Of a stretch of DNA of 35,307 bases, positions 20,001 to 33,400 are shown piece by piece (the first letter of the stretch is position 1; each line of letters begins with the position of its first letter). The stretch lies in assembly GCF_018977255.1 (NCBI RefSeq), contig NW_024705546.1, positions 1-35,307 of the forward strand, given 5' to 3'. A program made the translations under genes and the position numbers. The DNA is from Callorhinchus milii (taxonomy: Eukaryota). The notes under the pieces were generated by a model. The model searched no databases, had not been told where the DNA came from, and saw only the letters and a list, made by a program, of their open reading frames with translations.

Positions 20001-23000
20001 AGTTTTTAGTGGTTTAGGGGTATTTTCTTCGGTTTTTAGTGGTTTTTGGGTATTTTTTCAGTCTTTAGTGTTTTTTTTCGGTTTTTTGTGGTTTTGGGGT
20101 ATTTTCTTCTGTTCTTAGTGGTTTTGGGGTATTTTCGTCATTTTTTAGTGTTTTATGTATTTTTTCAGTTTTTAGTGGTTTTTGCGTATTTTTTCAGTTT
20201 TTAGTGATTTTTGTGTTTTCTTCTGTTTTGTGTGGTTTTGGGTTTGTTCGGTTTTTAGTGGTTTTGGGTATTTTATTAGTTTTTAGTGGTTTTGCGGTAT
20301 TTTCTTCAGTTTTTAGTGGTTTTTGGGTATTTTTTCAGTCTTTAGTGTTTTTTTTCAGTTTTTTTTTGGTATTTTCTTCAGGTTTGAGTGTTTTTTTTCG
20401 GTTTTATTGATTTTTGGGTATTTTTTCAGTTTTTTATGTTTTTTTTCGGTTTTTTGGGTATTTTCTTCAGTTTTAGTGGTTTTGGGTATTTTCGTCTATT
20501 TTTTGTGTTTTTGGATTTTTTTAGGTTTTTAGTGGTTTTTGGATATTTTTGGTTTTTAGTGGTTTTTGGAAAAAAAATAGTTTTTAGTGGTTTTGGGTAT
20601 TTTTTTTCAGCCTTTAGTGTTTTTTTCGGTTTTTAGTGATTTTTTGGGTATTTTCGTCTGTTTTTAGTGTTTTTTTCAGTTTTTAGTGTTTTTGTGTTTT
20701 TTTCGGTTTTTAGTGGTTTTTAGATATTTTTTTAGATTCTACTTGTTTTGGGGTATTTTCTTCAGTTTTTAGTGGTTTTGGGGTATTTTCTTCAGTTTTT
20801 AGTGGTTTTGGGGTATTTTCGTCTGTTCTTATTGGTTTTGGGGTATTTTCGTCTGTTTTTAGTGTTTATGGGTTTTTTTCGGTTTTTAGTGGTTTTTGGA
20901 TATTTTTTTAGTGATTTTTGTGTTTTATTCTGTTTTGTGTGGTTTTGGGTTTGTTCGGTTTTTAGTGGTTTTTGGGTATTTTAATCTGTTTTTAGTGTTT
21001 TTGGGGTTATTTCGGTCTTTAGTGATTTTTAGGTATTTTATTCTGTTTTTAATGTTTTTTTGGTTTTTAGTGGTTTTTGTGTATTTTCTTCTGTTTTAGT
21101 GTTTTTGGGTTCTTTCGGTTTTTAGTGGTTTTTGATATTTTTTCAGTTTTTAATGGTTTTGGGGTATTTTCTTAAGGTTTGAGTGTTTTTTCGGTTTTTA
21201 GTGATTTTTGGGTATTTTTTTCAGTTTTTAATGTTTTTTTGGTTTTTAATGTTTTTTGGGTATTTTTCTTTAGTTTTAGTGGTTTTGGGTATTTTCGTCT
21301 TTTTAGTGTTTTTGGATTTTTTAGGTTTCTAGTGCTTTTTGGATATTTTTTTGTTTTTAGTGGTTTTTGTAAAAAAAATTGTTTTGAGTGGTTTTGGGTA
21401 TTTTTTTCAGTCTTCAGTGTTTTTACGGTTTTCAGTGATTTTTGGTTATTTTCGTCTGTTTTTAGTGTTTTTTCAGTTTTTAGTGTTTTTTGGGTTTTTA
21501 GTGGTTTTTGGATATTTTTTTAGTTTTTAGTGGTTTTGCGGTATTTTCTTCAGTTTTTAGTGGTTTTTGGGTATTTTTTCAGTCTCTAGTGTTTTTTTCA
21601 GTTTTTTTTGTTTTGGGGTGTTTTGTCAGGTTTGAGTGTTTTTTCGGTTTTATTGATTTTTTGGTATTTTTTTCAGTTTTTTATGTTTTTTTTCGGTTTT
21701 TTGTGTTTTTTGTGTTTTTCTTCAGTTTTAGTGGTTTTGGGTATTTTCGTCTATTTTTAGTGTTTTTGGATTTTTTTTAGGTTTTTAGTGGTTTTTGGAT
21801 ATTTTTTTGTTTTGAGTGGTTTTTGAAAAAAAAATAGTCTTTAGTGGTTTTGGGTATTTTTTCAGTCTTTAATGTTTTTTCGGTTTTTTGTGATTTTTGG
21901 GTATTTTCGTCTGTTTTTAGTGTTTTTTCAGTTGTTATTGTTTTTTGTTTTTTTCGGTTTTTAGTGGTTTTTGGATATTTTTTTAGTTTTTAGTGGTTTA
22001 GGGGTATTTTCTTCGGTTTTTAGTGGTTTTTGGGTATTTTTTCAGTCTTTAGTGTTTTTTTCGGTTTTTTGTGGTTTTGGGGTATTTTCGTCTGTTCTTA
22101 GTGGTTTTGGGGTATTTTCGTCTTTTTTTAGTGTTTTATGTATTTTTTCAGTTTTTAGTGGTTTTTGCGTATTTTTTCAGTTTTTAGTGATTTTTTCAGT
22201 TTTTTTTTTGGTATTTTCTTCAGGTTTGAGTGTTTTTTCGGTTTTATTGATTTTTGGGTATTTTTTCAGTTTTTTTATGTTTTTTTTCGGTCTTTTGGGT
22301 ATTTTCTTCAGTTTTAGTGGTTTTGGGTATTTTCGTCTATTTTTAGTGTTTTTGGATTTTTTTAGGTTTTTAGTGGTTTTTGGATATTTTTTGGTTTTTA
22401 GTGGTTTTTGGAAAAAAAATAGTTTTTAGTGGTTTTGGGTATTTTTTTCAGCCTTTAGTGTTTTTTTCGGTTTTTAGTGATTTTTTGGGTATTTTCGTCT
22501 GTTTTTAGTGTTTTTTCAGTTTTTAGTGTTTTTGTGTTTTTTTCGGTTTTTAGTGGTTTTTAGATATTTTTTTAGTTTCTAGTGGTTTTGGGGTATTTTC
22601 TTCAGTTTTTAGTGGTTTTGGGGTATTTTCTTCAGTTTTTAGTGGTTTTGGGGTATTTTCGTCTGTTCTTATTGGTTTTTGGGGTATTTTCGTCTGTTTT
22701 TAGTGTTTTATGGGTTTTTTTTCGGTTTTTAGTGGTTTTTGGATATTTTTTTAGTGATTTTTGTGTTTTCTTCTGTTTTGTGTGGTTTTGGGTTTGTTCG
22801 GTTTTTAGTGGTTTTTGGGTATTTTATTATTTTTTGGGTATTTTCTTCAGTTTTTAGTGGTTTGGAGTATTTTCATCTGTTTTAGTGTTTTTTGGGGTTA
22901 TTTCGGTTTTAGTAATTTTTAGGTATTTTCTTCTGTTTTGTGTGGTTTTGGGTTTGTTTGGTTTTTAGTGGTTTTTGGGTATTTTATTATTTTTTGTGTA

Positions 23001-26000
23001 TTTTATGCAGTTTTTAGTGATTTGGAGTATTTTCATCTGTTTTAGTGTTTTTTGGGGTTATTTCGGTTTTTAGTGGTTTTTGTGTATTTTCTTTTGTTTT
23101 TAGTGTTTTTGGGTTCTTTCGGTTTTTAGTGGTTTTTGGATATTTTTTAGTTTTTAGTGGTTTTGGGGTATTTTCTTCAGTTTTTAGTGGTTTTGGGTAT
23201 TTTTTCAGTCTTCAGTGTTTTTTTCGATTTTGAGTGGTTTTGGGGTATTTTCTTCAGTTTTTTGTGGTTTTGGGGTATTTTCGTCTGTTCTTAGTGGTTT
23301 TGGGGTATTTTCGTCTGTTTTTAGTGTTTTTTGGGGTTATTCCGGTTTTTAGTGATTTTTAGGTATTTTCTTCTGTTTAGTGTTCGTCTGTTTTTAGTGT
23401 TTTTTGGGGTCATTTCGGTTTTTAGTGATTTTTAGGTATTTTCTTCTGTTTTTAATGTTTTTTCGGTTTTTTGTGGTTTTGGGGTTTTTTTCAGTTTATA
23501 GTGGTTTTTGTGTATTTTCTTCTGTTTTTAGTGTTTTTGGGTTCCTTCGGTTTTTAGTGGTTTTTGGATATTTTTTAGTTTTTAGTGGTTTTGGGGTATT
23601 TTCTTCAGTTTTTAGTGGTTTTGGGTATTTTTTCAGTCTTCAGTGTTTTTTTCGATTTTGAGTGGTTTTGGGGTATTTTCTTCAGTTTTTTGTGGTTTTG
23701 GGGTATTTTCGTCTGTTCTTAGTGGTTTTGGGGTATTTTCGTCTGTTTTTAGTGTTTTTTTTGGTGTTATTTCGGTTTTAGTGATTTTTAGGTATTTTCT
23801 TAGTTTTTAGTGGTTTGGGGGTATTTCCATCTGTTTTTAGTGTTTTATGGGTTTTTTTCGGTTTTTAGTGTTTTTTGGGTATTTTTTCAGTTTTCAGTGA
23901 TTTTTTGTTTTCTTCTGTTTTGGGTAGTTTTTGGTTTGTTCGGTTTTTTGTGGTTTTTGGGTATTTCATTCTTTTTTGGGTATTTTCTTCAGTTTTTAGT
24001 GGTTTTTGGGTATTTTCATCTGTTTTAGTGTTTTTTTGGGGTTATTTCGGTTTTTAGTGATTTTTAGGTATTTTATTCTGTTTTTAATGTTTTTTTCGGT
24101 TTTTGTGTATTTTCTTCTGTTTTAGTGTTTTGGGTTTTTTTGGGGTTTTAGTGGTTTTTGGTTATTTTTTTAGTAGTTTGGGGGTATTTTCGTCTGTTTT
24201 TAGTGTTTTATGGGGTTTTTTCGGTTTTTAGTGGTTTTGGGGTGTTTTTGTCAGGTTTGAGTGTTTTTTCGGTTTTATTGATTTTTTGGTATTTTTTTCA
24301 GTTTTTAATGTTTTTTTTCGGTTTGTTGTGTTTTTAGGGTTTTTTCTTCAGTTTTAGTGGTTTTGGGTATATTTTTGTTTTGAGTGGTTTTTGAAAAAAA
24401 AATTGTCTTTAGTGGTTTTGGGTATTTTTTTCAGTCTTTAATGTTTTTTCGGTTTTTAGTGATTTTTTGGGTATTTTCGTCTGTTTTTAGTGTTTTTTCA
24501 GTTGTTATTGTTTTTTGTTTTTTTCGCTTTTTTAGTGGTTTTTGGATATTTTTTTAGTTTTTAGTGGTTTAGGGGTATTTTCTTCGGTTTTTAGTGGTTT
24601 TTGGGTATTTTTTCAGTCTTTAGTGTTTTTTTCGGTTTTTGTGGTTTTGGGGTATTTTCGTCTGTTCTTAGTGGTTTTGGGGTATTTTCGTCTGTTTTTA
24701 GTGTTTTATGTATTTTTTTCAGTTTTTTAGTGGTTTTTGCGTATTTTTTCAGTTTTTAGTGATTTTTGTGTTTTCTTCTGTTTTGTGTGGTTTTGGGTTT
24801 GTTCGGTTTTTAGTGGTTTTTGGGTATTTTATTAGTTTTTAGTGGTTTTGCGGTATTTTCTTCAGTTTTTAGTGGTTTTTGGGTATTTTTTCAGTCTTTA
24901 GTGTTTTTTTCAGTTTTTTTTTGGTATTTTCTTCAGGTTTGAGTGTTTTTTCGGTTTTATTGATTTTTGGGTATTTTTTCAGTTTTTTATGTTTTTTTTC
25001 GGTTTTTGGGGTATTTTCTTCAGTTTTAGTGGTTTTGGGTATTTTCGTCTATTTTAGTGTTTTTGGATTTTTTTAGGTTTTTAGTGGTTTTTGGAAAAAA
25101 AATAGTTTTTAGTGGTTTTGGGTATTTTTTTCAGCCTTTAGTGTTTTTTTCGGTTTTTAGTGATTTTTTGGGTATTTTCGTCTGTTTTTTAGTGTTTTTT
25201 TCAGTTTTTAATGTTTTTGTGTTTTTTTTCTTTCTTTAGTGGTTTTTAGATATTTTTTAGTTTCTAGTGGTTTTGGAGTATTTTCTTCAGTTTTTAGTGG
25301 TTTTGGGGTATTTTCTTCAGTTTTTAGTGGTTTTGGGGTATTTTCGTCTGTTCTTATTGGTTTTGGGGTATTTTCGTCTGTTTTTAGTGTTTTATTGGTT
25401 TTTTTTCGGTTTTTAGTGGTTTTTGGATATTTTTTTAGTGATTTTTGTGTTTTCTTCTGTTTTGTGTGGTTTTGGGTTTGTTCGGTTTTTAGTGGTTTTT
25501 GGGTATTTTATTATTTTTTGGGTATTTTCTTCAGTTTTTAGTGGTTTGGAGTATTTTCATCTGTTTTAGTGTTTTTTGGGGTTATTTCGGTTTTAGTAAT
25601 TTTTAGGTATTTTCTTCTGTTTTGTGTGGTTTTGGGTTTGTTTGGTTTTTGTGGTTTTTGGGTATTTTATTATTTTTAGGGTATTTTTATGCAGTTTTTA
25701 GTGATTTGGAGTATTTTCATCTGTTTTAGTGTTTTTTGGGGTTATTTCGGTTTTTAGTGATTTTTAGGTATTTTCTTCTGTTTTTAATGTTTTTTCGGTT
25801 TTTTGTGTTTTTGGGTTCTTTCAGTTTTTAGTGGTTTTTGGATATTTTTTTAGTTTTTAGTGGTTTTGGGGTATTTTCTTCAGTTTTTAGTGGTTTTGGG
25901 TATTTTTTCAGTCTTCAGTGTTTTTTTCGATTTTGAGTGGTTTTGGGGTATTTTCTTCAGTTTTTTGTGGTTTTGGGGTATTTTCGTCTGTTCTTAGTGG

Positions 26001-27438
26001 TTTTGGGGTATTTTCGTCTGTTTTTAGTGTTTTTTTGGGGTTATTCCGGTTTTTAGTGATTTTTAGGTATTTTCTTCTTTTTAGTGTTCGTCTGTTTTTA
26101 GTGTTTTTTGGGGTTATTTCGGTTTTTAGTGATTTTTAGGTATTTTATTCTGTTTTTAATGTTTTTTAGGTTTTTGTGTATTTTCTTCTGTTTTAGTGTT
26201 TTGGGTTTTTTGGGGTTTTAGTGGTTTTTGGGTATTTTTTCAGTTTTTAGTAGTTTGGGGGTATTTTCTTCTGTTTTTATTGTTTTATGGGGTTTTTTCG
26301 GTTTTTAGTGGTTTTTGGGTCTTTTTTCAGTTTTTAGTGATTTTTGTGTTTTCTTCTGTTTTGGGTAGTTTTGGGTTTGTTCAGTTTTTAGTGGTTTTTT
26401 GGTATTTAAAAATTTGTTGGGTGTTTTCTTAAGTTTTTAGTGGTTTTTGGGTATTTTCATCTGTTTTTAGTGTTTTTTGGGGTTATTTCGGTCTATAGTG
26501 ATTTTTAGGTATTTATTCTGTTTTTAATGTTTTTTCGGTTTTTAGTGGTTTTTGTGTATTTTCAGTTTTAATGGTTTTGGGGTATTTTCTTGAGGTTTGA
26601 GTGTTTTTTCGATTTTAGTGATTTTTAGGTATTTTCTTAGTTTTTAGTGGTTTGGGGGTATTTCCATCTGTTTTTAGTGTTTTATGGGTTTTTTTTCGGT
26701 TTTTAGTGTTTTTTGGGTATTTTTTCAGTTTTCAGTGATTTTTTGTTTTCTTCTGTTTTGGGTAGTTTTTGGTTTGTTCGGTTTTTAGTGGTTTTTGGGT
26801 ATTTCATTCTTTTTGGGTATTTTCTTCAGTTTTTATTGGTTTGGAGTATTTTCATCTGTTTTAGTGTTTTTTGGGGTTATTTCGGTTTTAGTAATTTTTA
26901 GGTATTTTCTTCTGTTTTGTGTGGTTTTGGGTTTGTTTGGTTTTTAGTGGTTTTGGGTATTTTATTATTTTTTGGGTATTTTATGCAGTTTTTTAGTGAT
27001 TTGGAGTATTTTCATCTGTTTAGTGTTTTTTGGGGTTATTTCGGTTTTTAGTGATTTTTAGGTATTTTCTTCTGTTTTTAATGTTTTTTCGGTTTTTTGT
27101 GGTTTTGGGGTTTTTTTCAGTTTTTAGTGTTTTTGTGTATTTTCTTCTGTTTTTAGTGTTTTTGGGTTCTTTCGGTTTTTAGTGGTTTTTGGATATTTTT
27201 TAGTTTTTAGTGGTTTTGGGGTATTTTCTTCAGTTTTTAGTGGTTTTGGGTATTTTTTCAGTCTTCAGTGTTTTTTTCGATTTTGAGTGGTTTTGGGGTA
27301 TTTTCTTCAGTTTTTTGTGGTTTTGGGGTATTTTCGTCTGTTCTTAGTGGTTTTGGGGTATTTTCGTCTGTTTTTAGTGTTTTTTGGGTTATTCCGGTTT
27401 TTAGTGATTTTTAGGTATTTTCTTCTGTTTTAGTGTTT
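17021..27438. repeat. T/G-rich strand-asymmetric satellite, ~30-bp monomer TTCAGTTTTTAGTGGTTTTGGGGTATTTTC, with higher-order duplications
   Basis: Perfect adjacent monomers at 20761-20790 and 20791-20820, with variants throughout. The array runs into the assembly gap. Confidence 0.95.
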
Positions 27439-27468
27439 NNNNNNNNNNNNNNNNNNNNNNNNNNNNNN
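27439..27468. other. Gap of 30 N
   Basis: A run of n separating two compositionally unrelated segments. Confidence 0.99.
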
Positions 27469-30400
27469 TCGTCAGTCTAACCTTTCTTCAATGACTATCG
27501 AACTTATTAAAGCTATGGAGTTTTTCTGGATGAACAGGCAGTTGCCGGACGTATAACATTACTAGGACGCGTCGCCCGCACTAGAGAAGACTTAGCACGC
27601 GCTTTGCATTGTGTAGATGGCGTGACAAGGTCATCGGTTGGTCCGGGGAAAGATACACGATGTCGCCTTTCTGGTGACCCTATCAATCATTGGCCACTGG
27701 CTAGTCAGATCACTATTCCATCCCCTGAAACGTTTGCTAGTGTGAGAGAGCGGGTGTTGCCGAGTAGTGAGTCTAAAGGTTATATTGGGTTGGAAATGAG
27801 TGGAAGGTGTGCCATCGATGAGAGTATCGAACTATCATACCGACACAACTGTCAATCTAATCGATTAGCTATCACCATCCCGCCATTGTGGACAGGGGCT
27901 ACCAGTATGACTAGGTTCTGGAACTGGCGACAGCACATTGACCAAAATCGGCCTCTCTTAGAGAAGGCATACGCACACTTGTGGTGCTGCAGAGAGGGCA
28001 AAATTGAAAACCTTCAAGTAGATGCTAAGTAAACACCTCCCCACAACTGGCGTACACCATTTTGGTCGCGTAAATCCTGCGTGAACGGACAACAAGCATG
28101 ACCAATTACCGTCGCATTCCACGAGCCGCAGCATAATCATTGCTTGCTGTAGTGATGCAGCAAATAGTTGTCAAGGATTCGGCAATTCTCGTAATGTTTT
28201 CCATAACGACATGCAGGTGCCTACTTGTCGGATTCGCGCGAAATCCTGCCGTCGTCCCAGTATGAGGACTCTAAATGTATTTTATAGTTACTGTGCTAAG
28301 CGCCTAGAATATTCAGGATTTCGTGATCTCATCTCACCCCACGTTGCGGCAGCAGTCCTACCAACTTGAATGAAAGCGAAATCCGAACTGCAGAAGCTGG
28401 TGCGCTGGGATCATATCGTCGAAAAGTAAGAAAGCCGTGAATCGGCGTCCCACCGCGGGTTTACAAATTCCGTTTTGACACGTTTTACAGGCACTCGGTC
28501 GAGATATGTATAATGCCATGGTGGAACCCTGGTCTCTCATAAATACAAAGACTTTTATGACATGATGATCGAGGAGCCAGAATCGCACGCTCATTGCGCA
28601 CGACGACCAAAGCCTATCCCCGCAATACCACAAGCCCGGGCGTGACAGTAACCGGTGCCCGCCTCACGCATTGATGAGATTCAATCGGTACGTGAGCTTG
28701 AACAACATTTGGGAGAGGGCGGCGTCGTTGTTCGACTCTCCAAGTCGATATCCGGTATCGCTTATGAAAGATAGGGGGTTCAGATGAAATCATCAAAGAT
28801 CGGTCGGGTGCGTCACCATTGGCCCAGCCACGGTACTTCGTTGGATAGCACTAAACGAAGGCGATGCTTATTCTTTGCTTATCGGAAAAGTGCCATTCTT
28901 CTAGTGGTGGTAACCTCTTAACTGGGAACAACGTAAGGAGAGAGGTATTGGGAAAGTCCTAGGCGGCCCTGGAGGATGTCACCAGTTAGGAGATGTTTTG
29001 TATTCAGTGCGCCGGATTGGGAATACATTACCTGCGCAGTAGTGTACTACGGACGACTGTACCTCTCGGGAACTCCGTGCACACTTAGTCTACCTGGCGC
29101 CTAGAGCGAGAGTCCGCCCGGGTCCCGAAAAAGAGATTCTAGGTATGGCACAGTGCAGCTATTATAGCTTTGATTTGCACATTTATCGGTAGAAATACCC
29201 CATTCCCAGAGGCCCTGCATCAAATGCAGCGAATGCTGGTAAGCAAGTAGCAGTCCGTGCCATGGAAAGACATAGATAGGTCACTGCGCGCCAGACACCG
29301 CGATACAGGTTCCGAACTGTGTGTCGCCAACATAAGCGATATCCAGGCCGTACCACGGTATCGGCAAATCGGAGACCCAGGGGAACTTCAACTGTAGCAC
29401 TTGATCATATGAGGCCGTTCAATAGCTTCGAGCTAGCTTTTGGATGAACCTGATAGCAACTGACAAGCCCACGAGCGCAGGACTAGTCTACACCCGGCCG
29501 TCGGCTGCAGTCTCTTCACACTACGCCTAACGCCCACGAGCGGGCTTCAGTTGGGTATACAAATGAACGCAGCATAGGTTAATCTCTTCCCGAGGGGCAC
29601 TACCCAACATGATTCCTTACTACCGGCACGGCGAAGCGGGTCTTAACCGGTAATGGGCGAAGCACTGACCACGAAAGGTGGCACCAAGTTCTTCAGCGTT
29701 AGTTGCCATATCGGATAGTGAGGCTGCGCTAGGGGAGGTCAGGACACCGTCTCTTGCCGAATACAAAATAATGATATCAACTATGGGGCTTTAAGACTTA
29801 GAGACTTACTTTACTCGAGTGGAACAGGAGGCACTGACTATGGCGAACAAGGGGCCCCCAGCTCTATGGATAAGTCCTGTTTTACTGTATTGCTCTTTAT
29901 GTATGACAAAAAGCGCTCCGAGCTGGTCGAACCCCTATAGTTTATTGAATGGCCAGTGTAAGGACTGACAGTGTAGCACTACCGAGGCTTAACTCGCTCG
30001 ACTAAAATCGGTCTGAGAACTCACGGCCGAATAAAATTAGTCTACCCTCGGTGGCTAGACGCATTACAGGTACTCTCTTGACATAATGCTGAATGGCTCA
30101 CTTAGCTATTCCCCTTGTAGGCGAATTGGTTCATGTAGGGGCTCACTCGGCAGTGCTGTGTATCATCCACGGAACTGGTTGGCCCCAGAGCATGGCCTTC
30201 CTCGGATAACACACACACCTGTATGAGGTGTCACGTTTCGTCGGTACTCGTCCCCTCGAGGCCTTCAACTATCACATTTCCACACGCCGGACTGCTAGGA
30301 CTAATCTCGACTTCACGTAGATCGTTCAAATGCTAGTAGAACAACATCATTGACAGCTCTTCCGGGCGCGCCAGAATATATCCAGTTGCAGGCCGATGTT

Positions 30401-33400
30401 GTTGCTGTCTGTGCAGGGCCCGGTTCTCGACTACTCAATGCCAATATGTAAAGGTGTACCTCGCCGTCGCCGCGGCACACGATTAGATATTATAAAGATT
30501 ACAAAGGCACGCATGTGACTAGGAAAAACTGATACCATGGTTCGAGATCGCAATACACAGCACTTGGTTTAAGCTTTTATAACAGTGAAGGCCTAGCTAT
30601 CGGCTCCTTGATATGCAGGGCCTGAAGGATGTTACAATCGACTAGCACGCGCGCCAGCCTACCCATCCGGATAAACCCCACCATCTGTAGCTGATAGTGG
30701 ATGGAGAGATGAGTGACGACGTTCTGGGGACACCGGATTCCTGACTCCTTGACCTGAGTGGAGGTCAGTGACCCACAAAATGCAGTCGGTTAGAGGACTG
30801 CATTCACACAGAGGCCTTTTACAGAATTACAAAGGGGAACGTGCCCTTATACGTCGACCCGGACACTGGCGGGTTTTCCACTTGTAAAGACCTAGCCACA
30901 AGATCTGATAAGGCACGCCGGGTATGAGCAGGTATAATTTCTCGCGGAGCCGAAGAGACATCGGTGAGGATCTGATGCATCGATTTACTGTAGTCCAGGA
31001 GCGCCATCGCAGCAAGACTCTTGTCCAGCGGGAATACGCCGCATCGGGAGCGAGGCAAATCGGATCTGACGGACAATCTTATACTACTCCGTTACCATGG
31101 GAGCAACAAATCAATCTACCATTTAGAATCCGCACGATATGGCGAAGCGAACAGGCTGCCAGTATGTGGGTATTTTTATGCTCATTCCTGTTCAATTCTT
31201 TAAAAAGCTTGACCCATAATCAGATCCTTTTCTCGTCGAGCTGCTGAATACAAGAAAAAGGGCACGCCCAGAGATTAAATCTGTTGCACCGGTTGGCTCC
31301 GTGTGTGACCATTGTCGGAGGAAAGGGGAGTTCCCGGAACGCCTAATTGTGAGGGGGTGCTATAGAACAGCAGTCCCGGATTCATGACTCAAGGAAAGCA
31401 CACCTGAACATACCGATGAAATTCCAGACCTTAAATTCTAACACTACTGTATCGGTCCTGCTTCGTGCATTCCTGATTGATATCTTGCAATGCGAGCCCG
31501 TAAGTCTACGCAAGTGCCATACGGAGTTCAGCATTATGGACTTGTGCGGACCAACGGTACCTCACCTTTGGCCTGACTTCCATTTCTTCGAACGGCCGAC
31601 AATTGTTCGTCGAAAAAATGCGAAGAAGGCTTGTGGATTAGATCCTTGCTCATTCCTCTCGTGTGCGGTGGTGCCCTGCCGAGAATTTAATATCTGGCTA
31701 TGCAGTAGAATACAACTGTCTATTCCACTCCAATTAGCTGAGCTCCGTGTTGAGGTGAGGAAAGTTGAGACCTTATGTACAGCCATCGTTTTCCTAATAG
31801 GCGTTCTGGGCTTATTCCTTTTCTTCATAGGTCGGAACGAGCATACCCAATATTGACTTACCTTGTCATTCGCTGGTTGATTCCCAACTAGACCGTGAAT
31901 CAAATGGTCCCATCGTGGGAGGTAGTTCGGTCAAACGCTCAAATACATACCGGCGTATTCGCTACAGCACCGGTGATTGGCACCCTTTTGTGGGAGGCAA
32001 CGTGCCCGAACATGCTACGAAGCGAGTGTGGCCAGGAGCACTTTGGTTGATGGGATGATAAGTCACCACTGCTTTTTTAAAGGCGAGAGGGACAGTCTGT
32101 GCAACAACTAACAAGTCCCGTAGTCTCTTTCTTCCTGGGTGCTCTAGGCCAGGGATGTGCTGTTCACCCGACTCGAGTTCGAGTAACACCGTGCACGTTC
32201 TCTATTTGATGATCGAACATGCGTCAATCGATGGTTTTTTCTTAGGGCCATTGGATTAGAAATCTGGGCAGGCCCGGACGGCCGTACCTCAGGAGGAATT
32301 GTGAAGTGTCCTTGCACGTCGCGTAGTAAGCATGCATAGGGCTCTGCAAGAATTCTTGGTGGAATTGGTCAAGGCGACTGTAGCCGCCCCCAGGCGGGAT
32401 TCCTCCTGGTAATAGGATGCATTCCATCAATTTGCTAAGGGTATGGTCAGACCGTAGTTGCCCTCAAGACTAAGTTTACGCAGGGCTTTAGTGCGGTGTG
32501 GTAGCCTTCCAGAGACCTCACAGGTATTGAAACCGGCAAAGGATCGAAGAAATTAGAAAGAGCGGGGACCGCGTTTCGCCAAATAACGTACATTGAAGCT
32601 GATGCTTTATAGATGACTGGCCTGTTAGTTGAAGGCGCCAATACCAAATCGATCTTATTGGTAAGCACATGTACGGTTAAGCGGAAAAGTGCCAAGGAAT
32701 CCTGACATCACCTACTTTTTGAACCGCGGTTACGAGGAAGCCGGTACTATTGCTATACATCTGACTGATATGATGCAAGACTGGTTCTCACTGTCGACTG
32801 CTGTAGTTTTACCCGCTTCGCAATACTCTTAAGAAGGCTTTCGTTACCGAGTCCTGACAGGGGACATACTTTTCATATACCCACAAACAACGTTAAGGGG
32901 ATTGGACAAAACATTTGAGGGAGTCGCCTAAGTTTTAGAATAGGTGATACGAGCACGATCAATTTAAAAAGACATAGGTTTTGGATGAGCCTAGGCAGTG
33001 TCTAGAGAGCTGCGTATCATGGGTCCACTTGGTATTCTTAATGGCTATTTTGCGGCAGAATTGCGTTGGGGTCACTAGGGATAACAGATATTTACTACGT
33101 GAAAGTGATTTGTGGATACCCGTCCGTCTTCAACCGCCCTGGCCCCAGCTTTACACTTTCCTTGAAGACTTAATACGCCGGTGTTCCGCGGAAAGGCAAG
33201 AGACTCATTGCCCATGATCATGAATCTAAATGTTCTGCACGATTTTTGAGTGCTCCATCAATAATCCGCTAGATAAGTCGGTGCAACGGCTTCACGGTAA
33301 GCCGGGAAGAGGTACAGGACCACGAGGACGGCCCTCGTGATCGCAAAGTAGGATATTTAGTGGCAGCATTATCAGTATAACGTCCCGCATGGCCGGGGAC

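Noticed and set aside
16944..26901. Many F/V/L/G-rich 'membrane protein' ORFs
   Set aside because: The 30-bp monomer equals 10 codons and yields repeating FLVVLGYFLQ / FSSVFSGFGV; this is a satellite artefact.
30750..30804. Adjacent hairpins TGACCT/AGGTCA and AATGCAGTC/GACTGCATT
   Set aside because: Stems of 6 and 9 bp are within chance expectation for ~8 kb, and there is no U-tract or RNA family context.
28797..30818. 2 kb without any ORF of 60 aa or more; possible recoded gene
   Set aside because: A spot translation of the three plus frames from 28801 hit TAA in each (and TAG in two), so reassigning only TAG or TGA does not open them. The check was not exhaustive; I treat this as fluctuation.
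31416..31856. 146-aa ORF with a hydrophobic C-terminus (and the 142-aa ORF at 27604-28032)
   Set aside because: No recognisable motifs; the lengths are attainable by chance, and the composition looks like random translation.
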